51,716 nt of DNA from positions 1 to 51,716 of the forward strand of contig DASWRT010000236.1 in the NCBI GenBank assembly GCA_036403035.1, given 5' to 3'. Below are positions 37,896-45,960 of this stretch, piece after piece. Position numbers and translations under genes: made by a program. The stretch's first letter is position 1. Each line of letters opens with the position of its first letter. The notes beneath the pieces are model-generated. The model was given only the letters and a program-made list of their open reading frames with translations, was not told the DNA's origin and ran no database searches. This stretch comes from Stellaceae bacterium. GTDB lineage: Bacteria > Pseudomonadota > Alphaproteobacteria > ATCC43930 > CGMCC-115725.

Positions 37896-39596
37896 CTATA
37901 CCTTGATGCCCGTCAGGGAGACTTTGAGAAGCCGGCCCGCCACGGCGAGCCCGCCGAACGTGAGGACGAGGAGCAGGATCGCGGCCGCGGCCGTCTTCTC
38001 GTAGCTGCCGCCCTCGAAGTAGGTGAAGACGCGGACGGCGAGCGTCTGCGTCTCCGCGCTGTAGACCATCGCGGTCAAGGAGAACTCCTTCACCACGAAT
38101 AGGAAGACCAGGACGAAGGTGGTCAGCAGCCCGTTCTTCATCAGCGGCATCAGGACGTACCGCCATGCCTGGAGCTGCGAGCAGCCGACGATGTGCGCGG
38201 CCTCGGCGAGGCTCGTATCGATCTGCCCCCGTGCGGCCTCGCAGGTCTTCAGCGCGTAGGGAAGCATCACCAGCACGTAGCCGAAGGCGAGGATCCAGAG
38301 CGTACCGCCGAGGTGGAACGGGCTACCGTACCACGCCAGGATGACCAGCACGCCGGCAACGACGTGCGGCAGCCCGAGCGGGAACTCCGAGAGCTGCCGC
38401 AGGAACCGCTTGCCCAGCGTTTGCGGCCCGGACAGCACGATCGCGAGAACGCCGCCGAGCAGCGCCATCACGGCGCCGATCCCGACGGACAGAAGCGCGC
38501 TGTTCCAGACGGCCAGCCGGGTCTCCTGGTCGCTGAAGAGATAGGCGAAGTTGGCGAGCGTGAAGTTGTCCGGATCGAGGCCGCGCCACCACTGGTCCAT
38601 CAGCGCCGCCGCGAGCAGCGTCAGCACCGGAAGGCCGAGCGACAGCATCACCGGGATCAGCGCGAGCAGCATCATCGGGAAGCGCCAGCGGCCGAGATCG
38701 ATGATCTCGCTGCGTGCGCCCTTACCGGAAAGCACTGCGAACCTCGCCGACCCGGCGCCGCCGAGCAGGCGGGCCTGGAGCCAGAGCAGCAGCACGGTGA
38801 TCGCCACCAGCGGAAGGCTGAGCGCGACCGCCGCCGGCAGGTTGGGGTTCATGACGATGGTCGCGTACATCTCGGTCGTCATGAAGCGGAGCCCGACCGG
38901 TGACCCGAGCACCAGCGGCCCGGCCAGCATCGTCAGCGACTCCGCGACCGAGAACGCGACGCCGGCCATCACCGACGGCAGGATCGCGCCGAGCGTGATC
39001 CGGAAGAACACGGCGACCGGCGACAGGCCGCAGATGCGTCCCGCCTCCTCCAGTTCGGGGTTGATCTTGCTGAGGCCCGACAGCGTCGTGAAGAAGATCA
39101 GCGGATAGCTGTGGAGGACCGCGATGAAGACCACGCCCGAGAACGAATAGATGTCGTACAGCGGCGCGCCCAGCACGCCGTAGAACAGGACGTTGACCAG
39201 CCCGGAATTGCGCCCGAACAGAAAGACGTAGGCGATCGAGGTCAGCAGGTTCGGGATCACGAACGATACCGAGACGAGCAGCCCGATCGCATTGCGGCCC
39301 GGCAGGTTGGTCCGGGCGCACAGGCAGGCGAGCGGCACGCCGAGCACCGCCGCCGGCACGATCGACAGCGCCGCGGCGAGCAGAGAGTTGAGCAGCGGCT
39401 CGACGTTCTGCGCGCTCAGCAGCCGCGCGAATGCGGCGGGCTCGAAGATCCCGAGCCCGGCCGCAACCGGATAGCCGACGAAGCCGACGACGAGAGCGCC
39501 GATGACCAGGAGCGCCGGATTGGACGGTGCGAGGACCGGCCGCCAGCGCCGTGCGGCGACGAGAGGCGGCCGGGCCGGGTTGTCGGTGACGGCCAT
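37896..39596 (-). CDS. ABC transporter permease, duplicated two-domain type (FbpB/ThiP-like)
   Basis: About 12 helices in two repeated halves. The start was chosen at ATG (MAVTDNP), 4 nt downstream of the binding-protein stop. Confidence 0.85.
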   Translation of the reverse strand: MAVTDNPARPPLVAARRWRPVLAPSNPALLVIGALVVGFVGYPVAAGLGIFEPAAFARLLSAQNVEPLLNSLLAAALSIVPAAVLGVPLACLCARTNLPGRNAIGLLVSVSFVIPNLLTSIAYVFLFGRNSGLVNVLFYGVLGAPLYDIYSFSGVVFIAVLHSYPLIFFTTLSGLSKINPELEEAGRICGLSPVAVFFRITLGAILPSVMAGVAFSVAESLTMLAGPLVLGSPVGLRFMTTEMYATIVMNPNLPAAVALSLPLVAITVLLLWLQARLLGGAGSARFAVLSGKGARSEIIDLGRWRFPMMLLALIPVMLSLGLPVLTLLAAALMDQWWRGLDPDNFTLANFAYLFSDQETRLAVWNSALLSVGIGAVMALLGGVLAIVLSGPQTLGKRFLRQLSEFPLGLPHVVAGVLVILAWYGSPFHLGGTLWILAFGYVLVMLPYALKTCEAARGQIDTSLAEAAHIVGCSQLQAWRYVLMPLMKNGLLTTFVLVFLFVVKEFSLTAMVYSAETQTLAVRVFTYFEGGSYEKTAAAAILLLVLTFGGLAVAGRLLKVSLTGIKV

Positions 39597-39600
39597 CGCG

Positions 39601-40656
39601 TTACTTCCGCGCGGCCTGGGCGATCGCATTGAATTTGTCGAGCAGCTCCTGTCTCGGCAGGGGAGACGGCACCTCCTTGTAGGCGACCTTCAGCTCGCTG
39701 GCCGGCGGGAACCCGGACGGCCCCGCGACGTCGCCGCGGGTGGAGAACCAGCCGTACTTGCGATACAGCTCGCCTGCATCCTTCGAGAGCAGGAAGTCGA
39801 CGAGCAGCTCGGCGCCCTCGGGGTTCGGCGCCTCGGTGATGATGCTCGCGGTCAGCGGCGAGATGAACAGCACGCCGTCGCTGGCGATCGCCACCGGCGC
39901 GTGCTTCTGCATGATCTCGGACGTATACGATGTCACCGCGGTCGCGACCGGACGCTCGCCGTTGGCGACCGCCTGATCGATGCCGGGCGCGATCGCGATC
40001 ACCAGCGGGTCGTTGCGCATCAGCTTCTCGACCCACTCCCACCCGTTCTCATGGACCATCGCCTTGAGGAAGAGGAGCCCGGCGGCGCTTCGCGAAGGAT
40101 CGGAGATCGCGACCTTCGACTTCCACTTCGGGTCGGCAAGCTCGCTCCAGCTCTTCGGCGCGGCGTCCTTCTGCACCAGCCGCGAGTTGTACTCGATCGC
40201 GAGACCCCAGAAGGTGATGCCGTACCATTTCCCGTCCGGGTCCTTGTAGGCGGGGTCGACGGCGGAGAGATCGGCCGGCTTGTAGCCGCGCAGCACGTTG
40301 TCCTTGATCAGGTCGCCGACGAGATCGGTATCGCCCAGGGTCACGACGTCGACCGCAAACGACTTCGTCTTGCGTTCCGTCGTCAGCCGGCTGAAGACCT
40401 GTCCGGTGCCGCCGTAATACGAGTTGACCTCGATCCCCGTGCGCTTGGTGAATTCATCGATCAGGCCCTTGCGCAGCTCGTCGGGCGACACCGAGGTGTA
40501 CCACGTCACCTTGCCCTTCGCCCGCGCCGCCTCGATCCGCGGATCGGCGGCGGTCTGCGCACCTGCCGCTTGCGGAAGGATCAGGACCGCGGCGAGCGCC
40601 GCAACGGAGGCCAATACCGAAAGTCGACGTCCCAGGCGCGTTCTTTTTCCCTGCAT
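39601..40656 (-). CDS. ABC transporter substrate-binding protein (Fe3+/family 1 type)
   Basis: The ATG is preceded by AGGAGGA. The signal peptide is MQGKRTRLGRRLSVLASVAALAAVLILPQAAGA. Confidence 0.85.
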   Translation of the reverse strand: MQGKRTRLGRRLSVLASVAALAAVLILPQAAGAQTAADPRIEAARAKGKVTWYTSVSPDELRKGLIDEFTKRTGIEVNSYYGGTGQVFSRLTTERKTKSFAVDVVTLGDTDLVGDLIKDNVLRGYKPADLSAVDPAYKDPDGKWYGITFWGLAIEYNSRLVQKDAAPKSWSELADPKWKSKVAISDPSRSAAGLLFLKAMVHENGWEWVEKLMRNDPLVIAIAPGIDQAVANGERPVATAVTSYTSEIMQKHAPVAIASDGVLFISPLTASIITEAPNPEGAELLVDFLLSKDAGELYRKYGWFSTRGDVAGPSGFPPASELKVAYKEVPSPLPRQELLDKFNAIAQAARK

Positions 40657-40693
40657 GATCTTTCCTCCTGACGACGCGCCGTGGCGCGCGGGG

Positions 40694-40726
40694 GATTTTG
40701 GTATACCCGAACTGTGTACCAAAATC
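40694..40726. promoter_or_regulatory. composite GntR-type operator GATTTTGGTATACCC-N-GTGTACCAAAATC
   Basis: A perfect 10-bp inverted repeat joins gattttggta (40694-40703) and taccaaaatc (40717-40726). It lies 40-70 nt upstream of binding-protein start 40656 and has the same architecture as 49126-49152. Confidence 0.5.
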
Positions 40727-40852
40727 GGCATGACCTCAAAAGCCTGTTGTCGCGTGCACGGCGCCGTGGCCGGCCTCCCTCTCTCGTGTACCCGGCCGCG
40801 CACTGAGCGCGGGATCCCCCGGCGCAGCTTCGGCCGATTCCGGCGCCGCCGG

Positions 40853-42073
40853 TCATCCCTCCGCAGGCTGCGCCACGCTCGACGACGCCGTACTGAACAG
40901 CACGCCGATCACCAGGACATAGATGACGCACAGGATCAGCATGGTCGCTTGGAACCCGTGTTCGGCCAGCAGGTAGCCGCCGATGAACAGCAGGATTCCG
41001 TTGTAGACGCCGAAATTCCGTTCCATCGTCCCGAGCAGCCGCGGCCGCTGCTCGGGCGGGAGCGCGGCGAGGTTGATGTTCCCCATCGTCACCGGCCGCA
41101 CGCCGCCCGATCCGAGGCCAAGGAGCCCGATGGCGACGAGGCCGACTAGGAAATAGTCGATCCCGTGCAGCGAGAACCATTCGCTGAAGCCGAACAGGAG
41201 CATCGAGCCGACCATGCTGACGAGCGTGCCGGCGAGCAGCGCGGAAAGTCCGAAGCGCTTCAGGAAGGCGTTGCTGTAAAGCGCGGTGATGAACCCGGCC
41301 ATCGTGAAGAGGCCGAGCACGGACCCGAACAGATACGGGTCGACCTGAAGCTCGATGAAATAGAACGGCAGGATGCCGATGAAGGGCGCCAGCGTGAAGG
41401 CGCGGGACAGCGAGTAGAAATTCATCCAGAAAGTCTGGCTCGCGTCGAGCTGGAGCTTCGGCTTCCCGCCGCCGGCCGCGCCCGGCGCGGCCGCTTTCTT
41501 CTGAGGAGCCGGCTTCTTCTCCTCATGCACCATGAAGACCAGCAGCGACGAGGTCAGGCTGACGCACATCGACGCGTAGAAGGGCCAGTGCACGTGGTAA
41601 TCGTAGAGGATGCTGCCGAGGCTGCCCGCGACCAGCGTCGCGATGAACATCATGCTCTGCGACTTGGTCTGCACGCGCGTGAACAACTCGTTGCCGCCGC
41701 TCGCCGTGATGTTGCGCAGCACGCCCGCATCCATCGAGATCGCGAGGCTGAAGCCGCAGCCGCCGATGATCTGCGCGATCAGCACTTCCCAGAAATCGAC
41801 GCCGCCGAGACTGGTGCCGTGGATCAGCACTGCAAGCCCCACGACCTTCAGCATCTCGCCCGACGCGACCAGATCCTTCTGGCGCATGTAGGGCATCAGC
41901 GTGCTGCCGAGATTGGCCGTCACCGTCGTGATCAGCCCATAGACCGCGAGCAGGACGATGACGTTGTAGAGCCCCATTTCCACGTTGTAGAGGTGCAGAA
42001 ACAGCACCGGCAGATGGAAGTAGAGCCGCGAGATGACGCGGTAGCAGTAGAAAAGCCTGACGTCGCGCGACAC
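40853..42073 (-). CDS. MFS-like 12-helix transporter with a Lys/Pro/Ala-rich central loop
   Basis: Hydrophobic helices run throughout. GTG 42073 is preceded by GGGAGG at 9 nt. The longer form to 42274 has about 52 percent G/C at third positions over its first 42 codons by hand count, which looks atypical for coding sequence here. Confidence 0.7.
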   Translation of the reverse strand: MSRDVRLFYCYRVISRLYFHLPVLFLHLYNVEMGLYNVIVLLAVYGLITTVTANLGSTLMPYMRQKDLVASGEMLKVVGLAVLIHGTSLGGVDFWEVLIAQIIGGCGFSLAISMDAGVLRNITASGGNELFTRVQTKSQSMMFIATLVAGSLGSILYDYHVHWPFYASMCVSLTSSLLVFMVHEEKKPAPQKKAAAPGAAGGGKPKLQLDASQTFWMNFYSLSRAFTLAPFIGILPFYFIELQVDPYLFGSVLGLFTMAGFITALYSNAFLKRFGLSALLAGTLVSMVGSMLLFGFSEWFSLHGIDYFLVGLVAIGLLGLGSGGVRPVTMGNINLAALPPEQRPRLLGTMERNFGVYNGILLFIGGYLLAEHGFQATMLILCVIYVLVIGVLFSTASSSVAQPAEG

Positions 42074-42288
42074 GGCCGTCAGCCTCCCGCGCAAAGAAGA
42101 GGACGCGCGGAGGCCGCCGGCACGCAACGGCAGGATCGACGCCGCCGCAGAAGCGCCGGCATAGCCACCTGTCCGTATGCATCGCGGGAGTTCATCACCG
42201 CCAACTTCTCCCGGTCCGAAGACCGCATTGATGGCAACCGGCGCTGCGCGCGCTACTACGGATGGCGAGCGCACGCTATGGGCCGCCT

Positions 42289-43644
42289 TTATTCCGGGAC
42301 GACCTCGACGCTGGTCCCGGCGAAGCAGAAGCGCTCGGGAACGAGGTCATTCCCCCAATCGACCTTGATGCGCGCTGTAATGACCCGCACCGGCAATTGC
42401 CGGCGCGCGATCTCAGGCGGCGGGTCGACGACGTACTGCCCGACAGTGACCCGTCCCGCGCCGGCACGCATCGTCTCGATCGTGCCGTGCCACGCCTTGT
42501 CGCCGTACAGCATCCGCACCTTCACCCCGTGCCCGACTGCCAGCCGCCGCGTGTCCGCCTCGTCGAAGAACGCCTCGACCCACACGTTCTGGCAGCTCAC
42601 CACCTGGAAAATCGGCGCGTTCGCCGCCACGTTCTCGCCCGGCTGCCCGTCGATCGACCACACCACCCCGGCGTTCGGCGTCCGCACCGACGCCGTATGC
42701 TGCCCGTGGAGTTCGTTGCGCACACCCGCAAGCTGGGCGCGTGTCGTCTCGATCGTCCGCCGCAGATCCGACGCCTGCTCCTGAAGATCGACGATCTGGG
42801 TGCGTAGTTCGCGCAGCCGGCTCTCCGGCTCGCTCAGCGTGCGCGGACCATCGAGTTGCAGGCCGGCGTTATAGGCCTCCAGCCCGACGTCGAACTGCAC
42901 GACCCGGGCGCGCTGCGCACTGACTGCCGCGGCCGCTTCGCGCGCCGCGCCGACTGCGCGGTCGAGCGCCTGCCGGCTGGTGTTGCCGCGATCGAACAGT
43001 TGCTGCGTCCGCTTCACCTCGGCGTCGGCGACCTCAGCCGCCGCGATCGTCCGCTGCAGGTCCTGGTGGCTGGTGTCGAGCTGCGCCTTGAAATACTTGC
43101 CCGCAAGCTGCTGCTGCTTGTTGTTCTCGGAGCTGTATAGCCGGACGAGATCCTGCCGCTCGGCGATCCGGCGCTCGACGCCGGCCAATTGCTGCTCCTG
43201 GTTGGCGATACGCGCTGTCAGATCGTTTTCCTGAAGCTGGAACTGCGAGACCAGCGGGTTCTCGACGTCGGCGACGATCCGCCCGAGTTCCTCCGACGCG
43301 GCCACCACCTTGCCGACGCTCACTTCCGGCGACAGCGTCAGCTTGCCGGACACCGGCGCCCGCACCGCGACCACCGCCGTGTTGACGAATGCCTGGATGC
43401 TGTGCGGCGCCCGGATCGCGAACCAGTAATACAGGCACACCACGATCAGCAGCAGCGCCGGCAACAGCGCCCACAGCCGGCGCTGAAACAGCAGCCGCTT
43501 CACCGCGCCGAGCGGCTTGGCCAACCCCGATCGCGGCGGCTGGAAGTTCTGCGCAAGACGGCCGGCGGCACTGTCCTGCGGCGGCGATCCCGTCGTGGTG
43601 GTCCCCGAACTCAATCCCTTCCCCTCCGTCGACGCGGCAGCCAA
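42289..43644 (-). CDS. HlyD-family membrane fusion (periplasmic adaptor) protein
   Basis: One N-terminal TM (LWALLPALLLIVVCLYYWFAI), split lipoyl-like segments (VRAPVSGKL / VRTPNAGVV), a long coiled coil and a beta-barrel C-terminus. The start is uncertain (TTG 43644; TTG 43614 after GGAGG). Confidence 0.8.
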   Translation of the reverse strand: MAAASTEGKGLSSGTTTTGSPPQDSAAGRLAQNFQPPRSGLAKPLGAVKRLLFQRRLWALLPALLLIVVCLYYWFAIRAPHSIQAFVNTAVVAVRAPVSGKLTLSPEVSVGKVVAASEELGRIVADVENPLVSQFQLQENDLTARIANQEQQLAGVERRIAERQDLVRLYSSENNKQQQLAGKYFKAQLDTSHQDLQRTIAAAEVADAEVKRTQQLFDRGNTSRQALDRAVGAAREAAAAVSAQRARVVQFDVGLEAYNAGLQLDGPRTLSEPESRLRELRTQIVDLQEQASDLRRTIETTRAQLAGVRNELHGQHTASVRTPNAGVVWSIDGQPGENVAANAPIFQVVSCQNVWVEAFFDEADTRRLAVGHGVKVRMLYGDKAWHGTIETMRAGAGRVTVGQYVVDPPPEIARRQLPVRVITARIKVDWGNDLVPERFCFAGTSVEVVPE

Positions 43645-43765
43645 GTCGCCACGCGTGGCGACGCGCTACCGCTTGCGGCGCATACGGTTTCTTCACGACC
43701 GGCGACGCCGTGCGATACCGAGAGTCCGGTGAGACGCCTCCTGCCGGGCTCTCGGCCGAAAGTGG

Positions 43766-44422
43766 TCACGCCGCGCCCCGCGCCTCCGGCAGCCCGAGCG
43801 CCTGGGCGATCCGCGACCAATTCAGGTCGCCCTCGCGCAGCAGCTTCGGTTCGTCGATCACGGCGACGATCGTCGTCGACTTCGTCGTGTTCTGCGCGCC
43901 GCCCTCGACGATCAGGTCGACATCCTCGCCGATCTGGCCGAGGACGAAGTCCATGTCGACGAGCCGGTCGTCGGCCGTTCCGGAGATGTTCGCCGAGGTC
44001 AGCGCGAGCGGCTTCCCGGACTGAGCGACGATCGCGCGGGTTGCCGTGTTCGACACGCACGAGATCGCGATCGTTGTCTGGCCGCAGAGCATCGGCGTCC
44101 GGATCGCTTCGCGCGCCTCGGCGATGATGTTCAACGGCCCGGGCCAGAACCGCCCGGCGAGAATGTCGATCTGCTCGACCGCCGCCGGAGAGCCTGTCCC
44201 GTATTCCCGCCACTGCTCCGGCCGGTCGATGTAGAGGGTGAGCGGCTTGATGGCGGCGCGGCGCTTGATCGCGAACACCCGATCTATGGCGGCGAGGTTC
44301 CACGGATCGACCGCGAGCCCCATGTTCGTGTCGGTCGGAATGACCACGACGCCGCCGTTCCGCACGATCGAGGCGGCTCTGGCGATCCCCGCTTCGTCAG
44401 CGGCTACGATTTTGTTCCTCAT
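43766..44422 (-). CDS. stand-alone YrdC/TsaC (Sua5/YciO/YrdC) family protein
   Basis: The ATG is preceded by GAGGCGG. Motifs are VVIPTDTNMGLA, AIKRRAAIKPLTL (KxR) and LTSANISG (SxN). 218 aa with no Sua5 C-terminal domain. Confidence 0.85.
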   Translation of the reverse strand: MRNKIVAADEAGIARAASIVRNGGVVVIPTDTNMGLAVDPWNLAAIDRVFAIKRRAAIKPLTLYIDRPEQWREYGTGSPAAVEQIDILAGRFWPGPLNIIAEAREAIRTPMLCGQTTIAISCVSNTATRAIVAQSGKPLALTSANISGTADDRLVDMDFVLGQIGEDVDLIVEGGAQNTTKSTTIVAVIDEPKLLREGDLNWSRIAQALGLPEARGAA

Positions 44423-44444
44423 GTCCGCCTCGTTCGCCCAGGTG

Positions 44445-44879
44445 TCATGCCGACGCGCCGGCAAGCGCGGCGTCGATGCCTTTCCGGGCGATCTCCATGT
44501 CCTGCTTGAAGTAGCCGCCGCTGACGCCGACGGCGCCGATCGTCGCATCGCCGGTGCTTACCGGGTAGCCGCCGCCGACGAGCAGCACCTTCTCGGCATG
44601 CGGAAGCGCCAACCTCAGGTGATCGTCGGACGCGATGAAGTCGTGCAGCTTGTCGGTCGGCATGCCGAACGCCGCCGCCGTGGTGGCCTTGCTGATCGCC
44701 ACCTCGATCGCCGAGGTCATCGTGCCGTCGGCCCGCCCGAACGCAACGAGATGTCCGCCGGGATCGCAGACGGCGACCGCGGCCGGAACGCCGATCCTGG
44801 CGGCGTGGGCAAGCGCCTCCCGCACGATGCGGGAGGCGCTCTCGTAGGAGATCGTCTTCATTTCCAGATACGCCGTCAT
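44445..44879 (-). CDS. GlcG/HbpS-like (DUF336, haem-binding/degrading-like) protein
   Basis: The ATG is preceded by GGAGA. GGHLVAFGRADG, GGGYPV and IGAVGVSGG are typical of the family. Confidence 0.85.
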   Translation of the reverse strand: MTAYLEMKTISYESASRIVREALAHAARIGVPAAVAVCDPGGHLVAFGRADGTMTSAIEVAISKATTAAAFGMPTDKLHDFIASDDHLRLALPHAEKVLLVGGGYPVSTGDATIGAVGVSGGYFKQDMEIARKGIDAALAGASA

Positions 44880-44934
44880 GTCATCTCCGTTGCACGGGCG
44901 GGTCGCGCCGGCTCGGCCGACCCGGATTTCGCCG

Positions 44935-45960
44935 TCAGGCCGCCTCGCGCACCAGCCCCGGCAGACGGTCGACATAGTCGGGCCGGAACCGGTCGCGCGC
45001 CGCGCTGGAGCGGAACGAATAGGCCTTCAGCAGCCAGCGCTCCTTCTGCGCCTCCTGATCGCGGATCGCGCGCAGCTGGCGCGAATGCAGCCCCATCTTG
45101 TTGGGGAAGCAGAACAGGCCGCCGTTCTCGATGGTCGTCTCGACGCGCGGAGTCGCCTCGATCGCCGCACGCAGCGCGAGCACCGCCTCGGCGGCGCGGG
45201 CCGGGGAGTCGGCCGCCGCGATCGTGCGCTGATCATAGTACCGGAGGCACGTCTCCTCCTCGATGATCGTATGCTTTTCGGACTCCATATGGTTGCGGTT
45301 GCTGTCGCGGGACAGCAAATCGAACGGCGTCACGAACAGCGGCTCGGAGAGCGTCTGCCGGACATCCGCCGGCAGCCTGTCGAGCACGTGGCGGCCGTGC
45401 GTATAGGTCGTCACGATCTCGTTCTGAGGCGGGCAGCGCAGGCCGAGCAGCAGCAGATAATCGGCGCGGATCGGATGCGCGGTCCGGTCATTGTGGTAGT
45501 ACAGTTCGCCGTCGGTCTTCTGGGTCTGCGTGTTCGTGTACTTGGCCTGACTCAGCACGTCATGAAAGAAGTGCCCGTCGTTGCGCGTCTCGTAGGCCAA
45601 CGGCGGATTGTCCAACAGCTTCATCAATAATTGCAAAAACGCCTCGGAGACGAACGTCCGCTTCTTCAGCAGCTTATCGGCCACGGGATTCTCGTGGTCG
45701 AGATAAGGGACGGTTTCGTCGATCGGGCAATTCACTAAATAGTGGGCGTGGCGATCCTCGGCCCGGTCGGCCTTCATCCCCTCGACAATATCGTACAGGC
45801 CGTCCGGAAGGCTTCCCCACCGCGACAGCGAATCGATTTCGGCATCGAACGCCGCGAAGTCGGCATAGGGACTTACATTCACCTTCCCAAGCTCGGCCAA
45901 GAGCCTAAGTCGGTCGTCCTCCGTGAACCGGAAGGTCTTCGGCGTGCAAATCTCAGACAT
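44935..45960 (-). CDS. clavaminate-synthase-like Fe(II)/2-oxoglutarate oxygenase (AsnO/VioC-like amino acid hydroxylase family)
   Basis: The ATG is preceded by GGAGGA. YYHNDRTAHPIRADYLLLLGLR parallels FHNENAFHEHRPDFVMLLCLR of AsnO. The distal motif NKMGLHSR...ERWLLK is also present. GC content is lower than in neighbouring genes. Confidence 0.8.
   Translation of the reverse strand: MSEICTPKTFRFTEDDRLRLLAELGKVNVSPYADFAAFDAEIDSLSRWGSLPDGLYDIVEGMKADRAEDRHAHYLVNCPIDETVPYLDHENPVADKLLKKRTFVSEAFLQLLMKLLDNPPLAYETRNDGHFFHDVLSQAKYTNTQTQKTDGELYYHNDRTAHPIRADYLLLLGLRCPPQNEIVTTYTHGRHVLDRLPADVRQTLSEPLFVTPFDLLSRDSNRNHMESEKHTIIEEETCLRYYDQRTIAAADSPARAAEAVLALRAAIEATPRVETTIENGGLFCFPNKMGLHSRQLRAIRDQEAQKERWLLKAYSFRSSAARDRFRPDYVDRLPGLVREAA

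Noticed and set aside
42074-42274. 67-codon N-terminal extension of the MFS-like gene (GTG at 42274)
   Set aside because: Third-position G/C is only about 52 percent over its first 42 codons. The sequence is non-hydrophobic. A GGGAGG-GTG start at 42073 gives a typical MFS N-terminus. It is kept only as an alternative.
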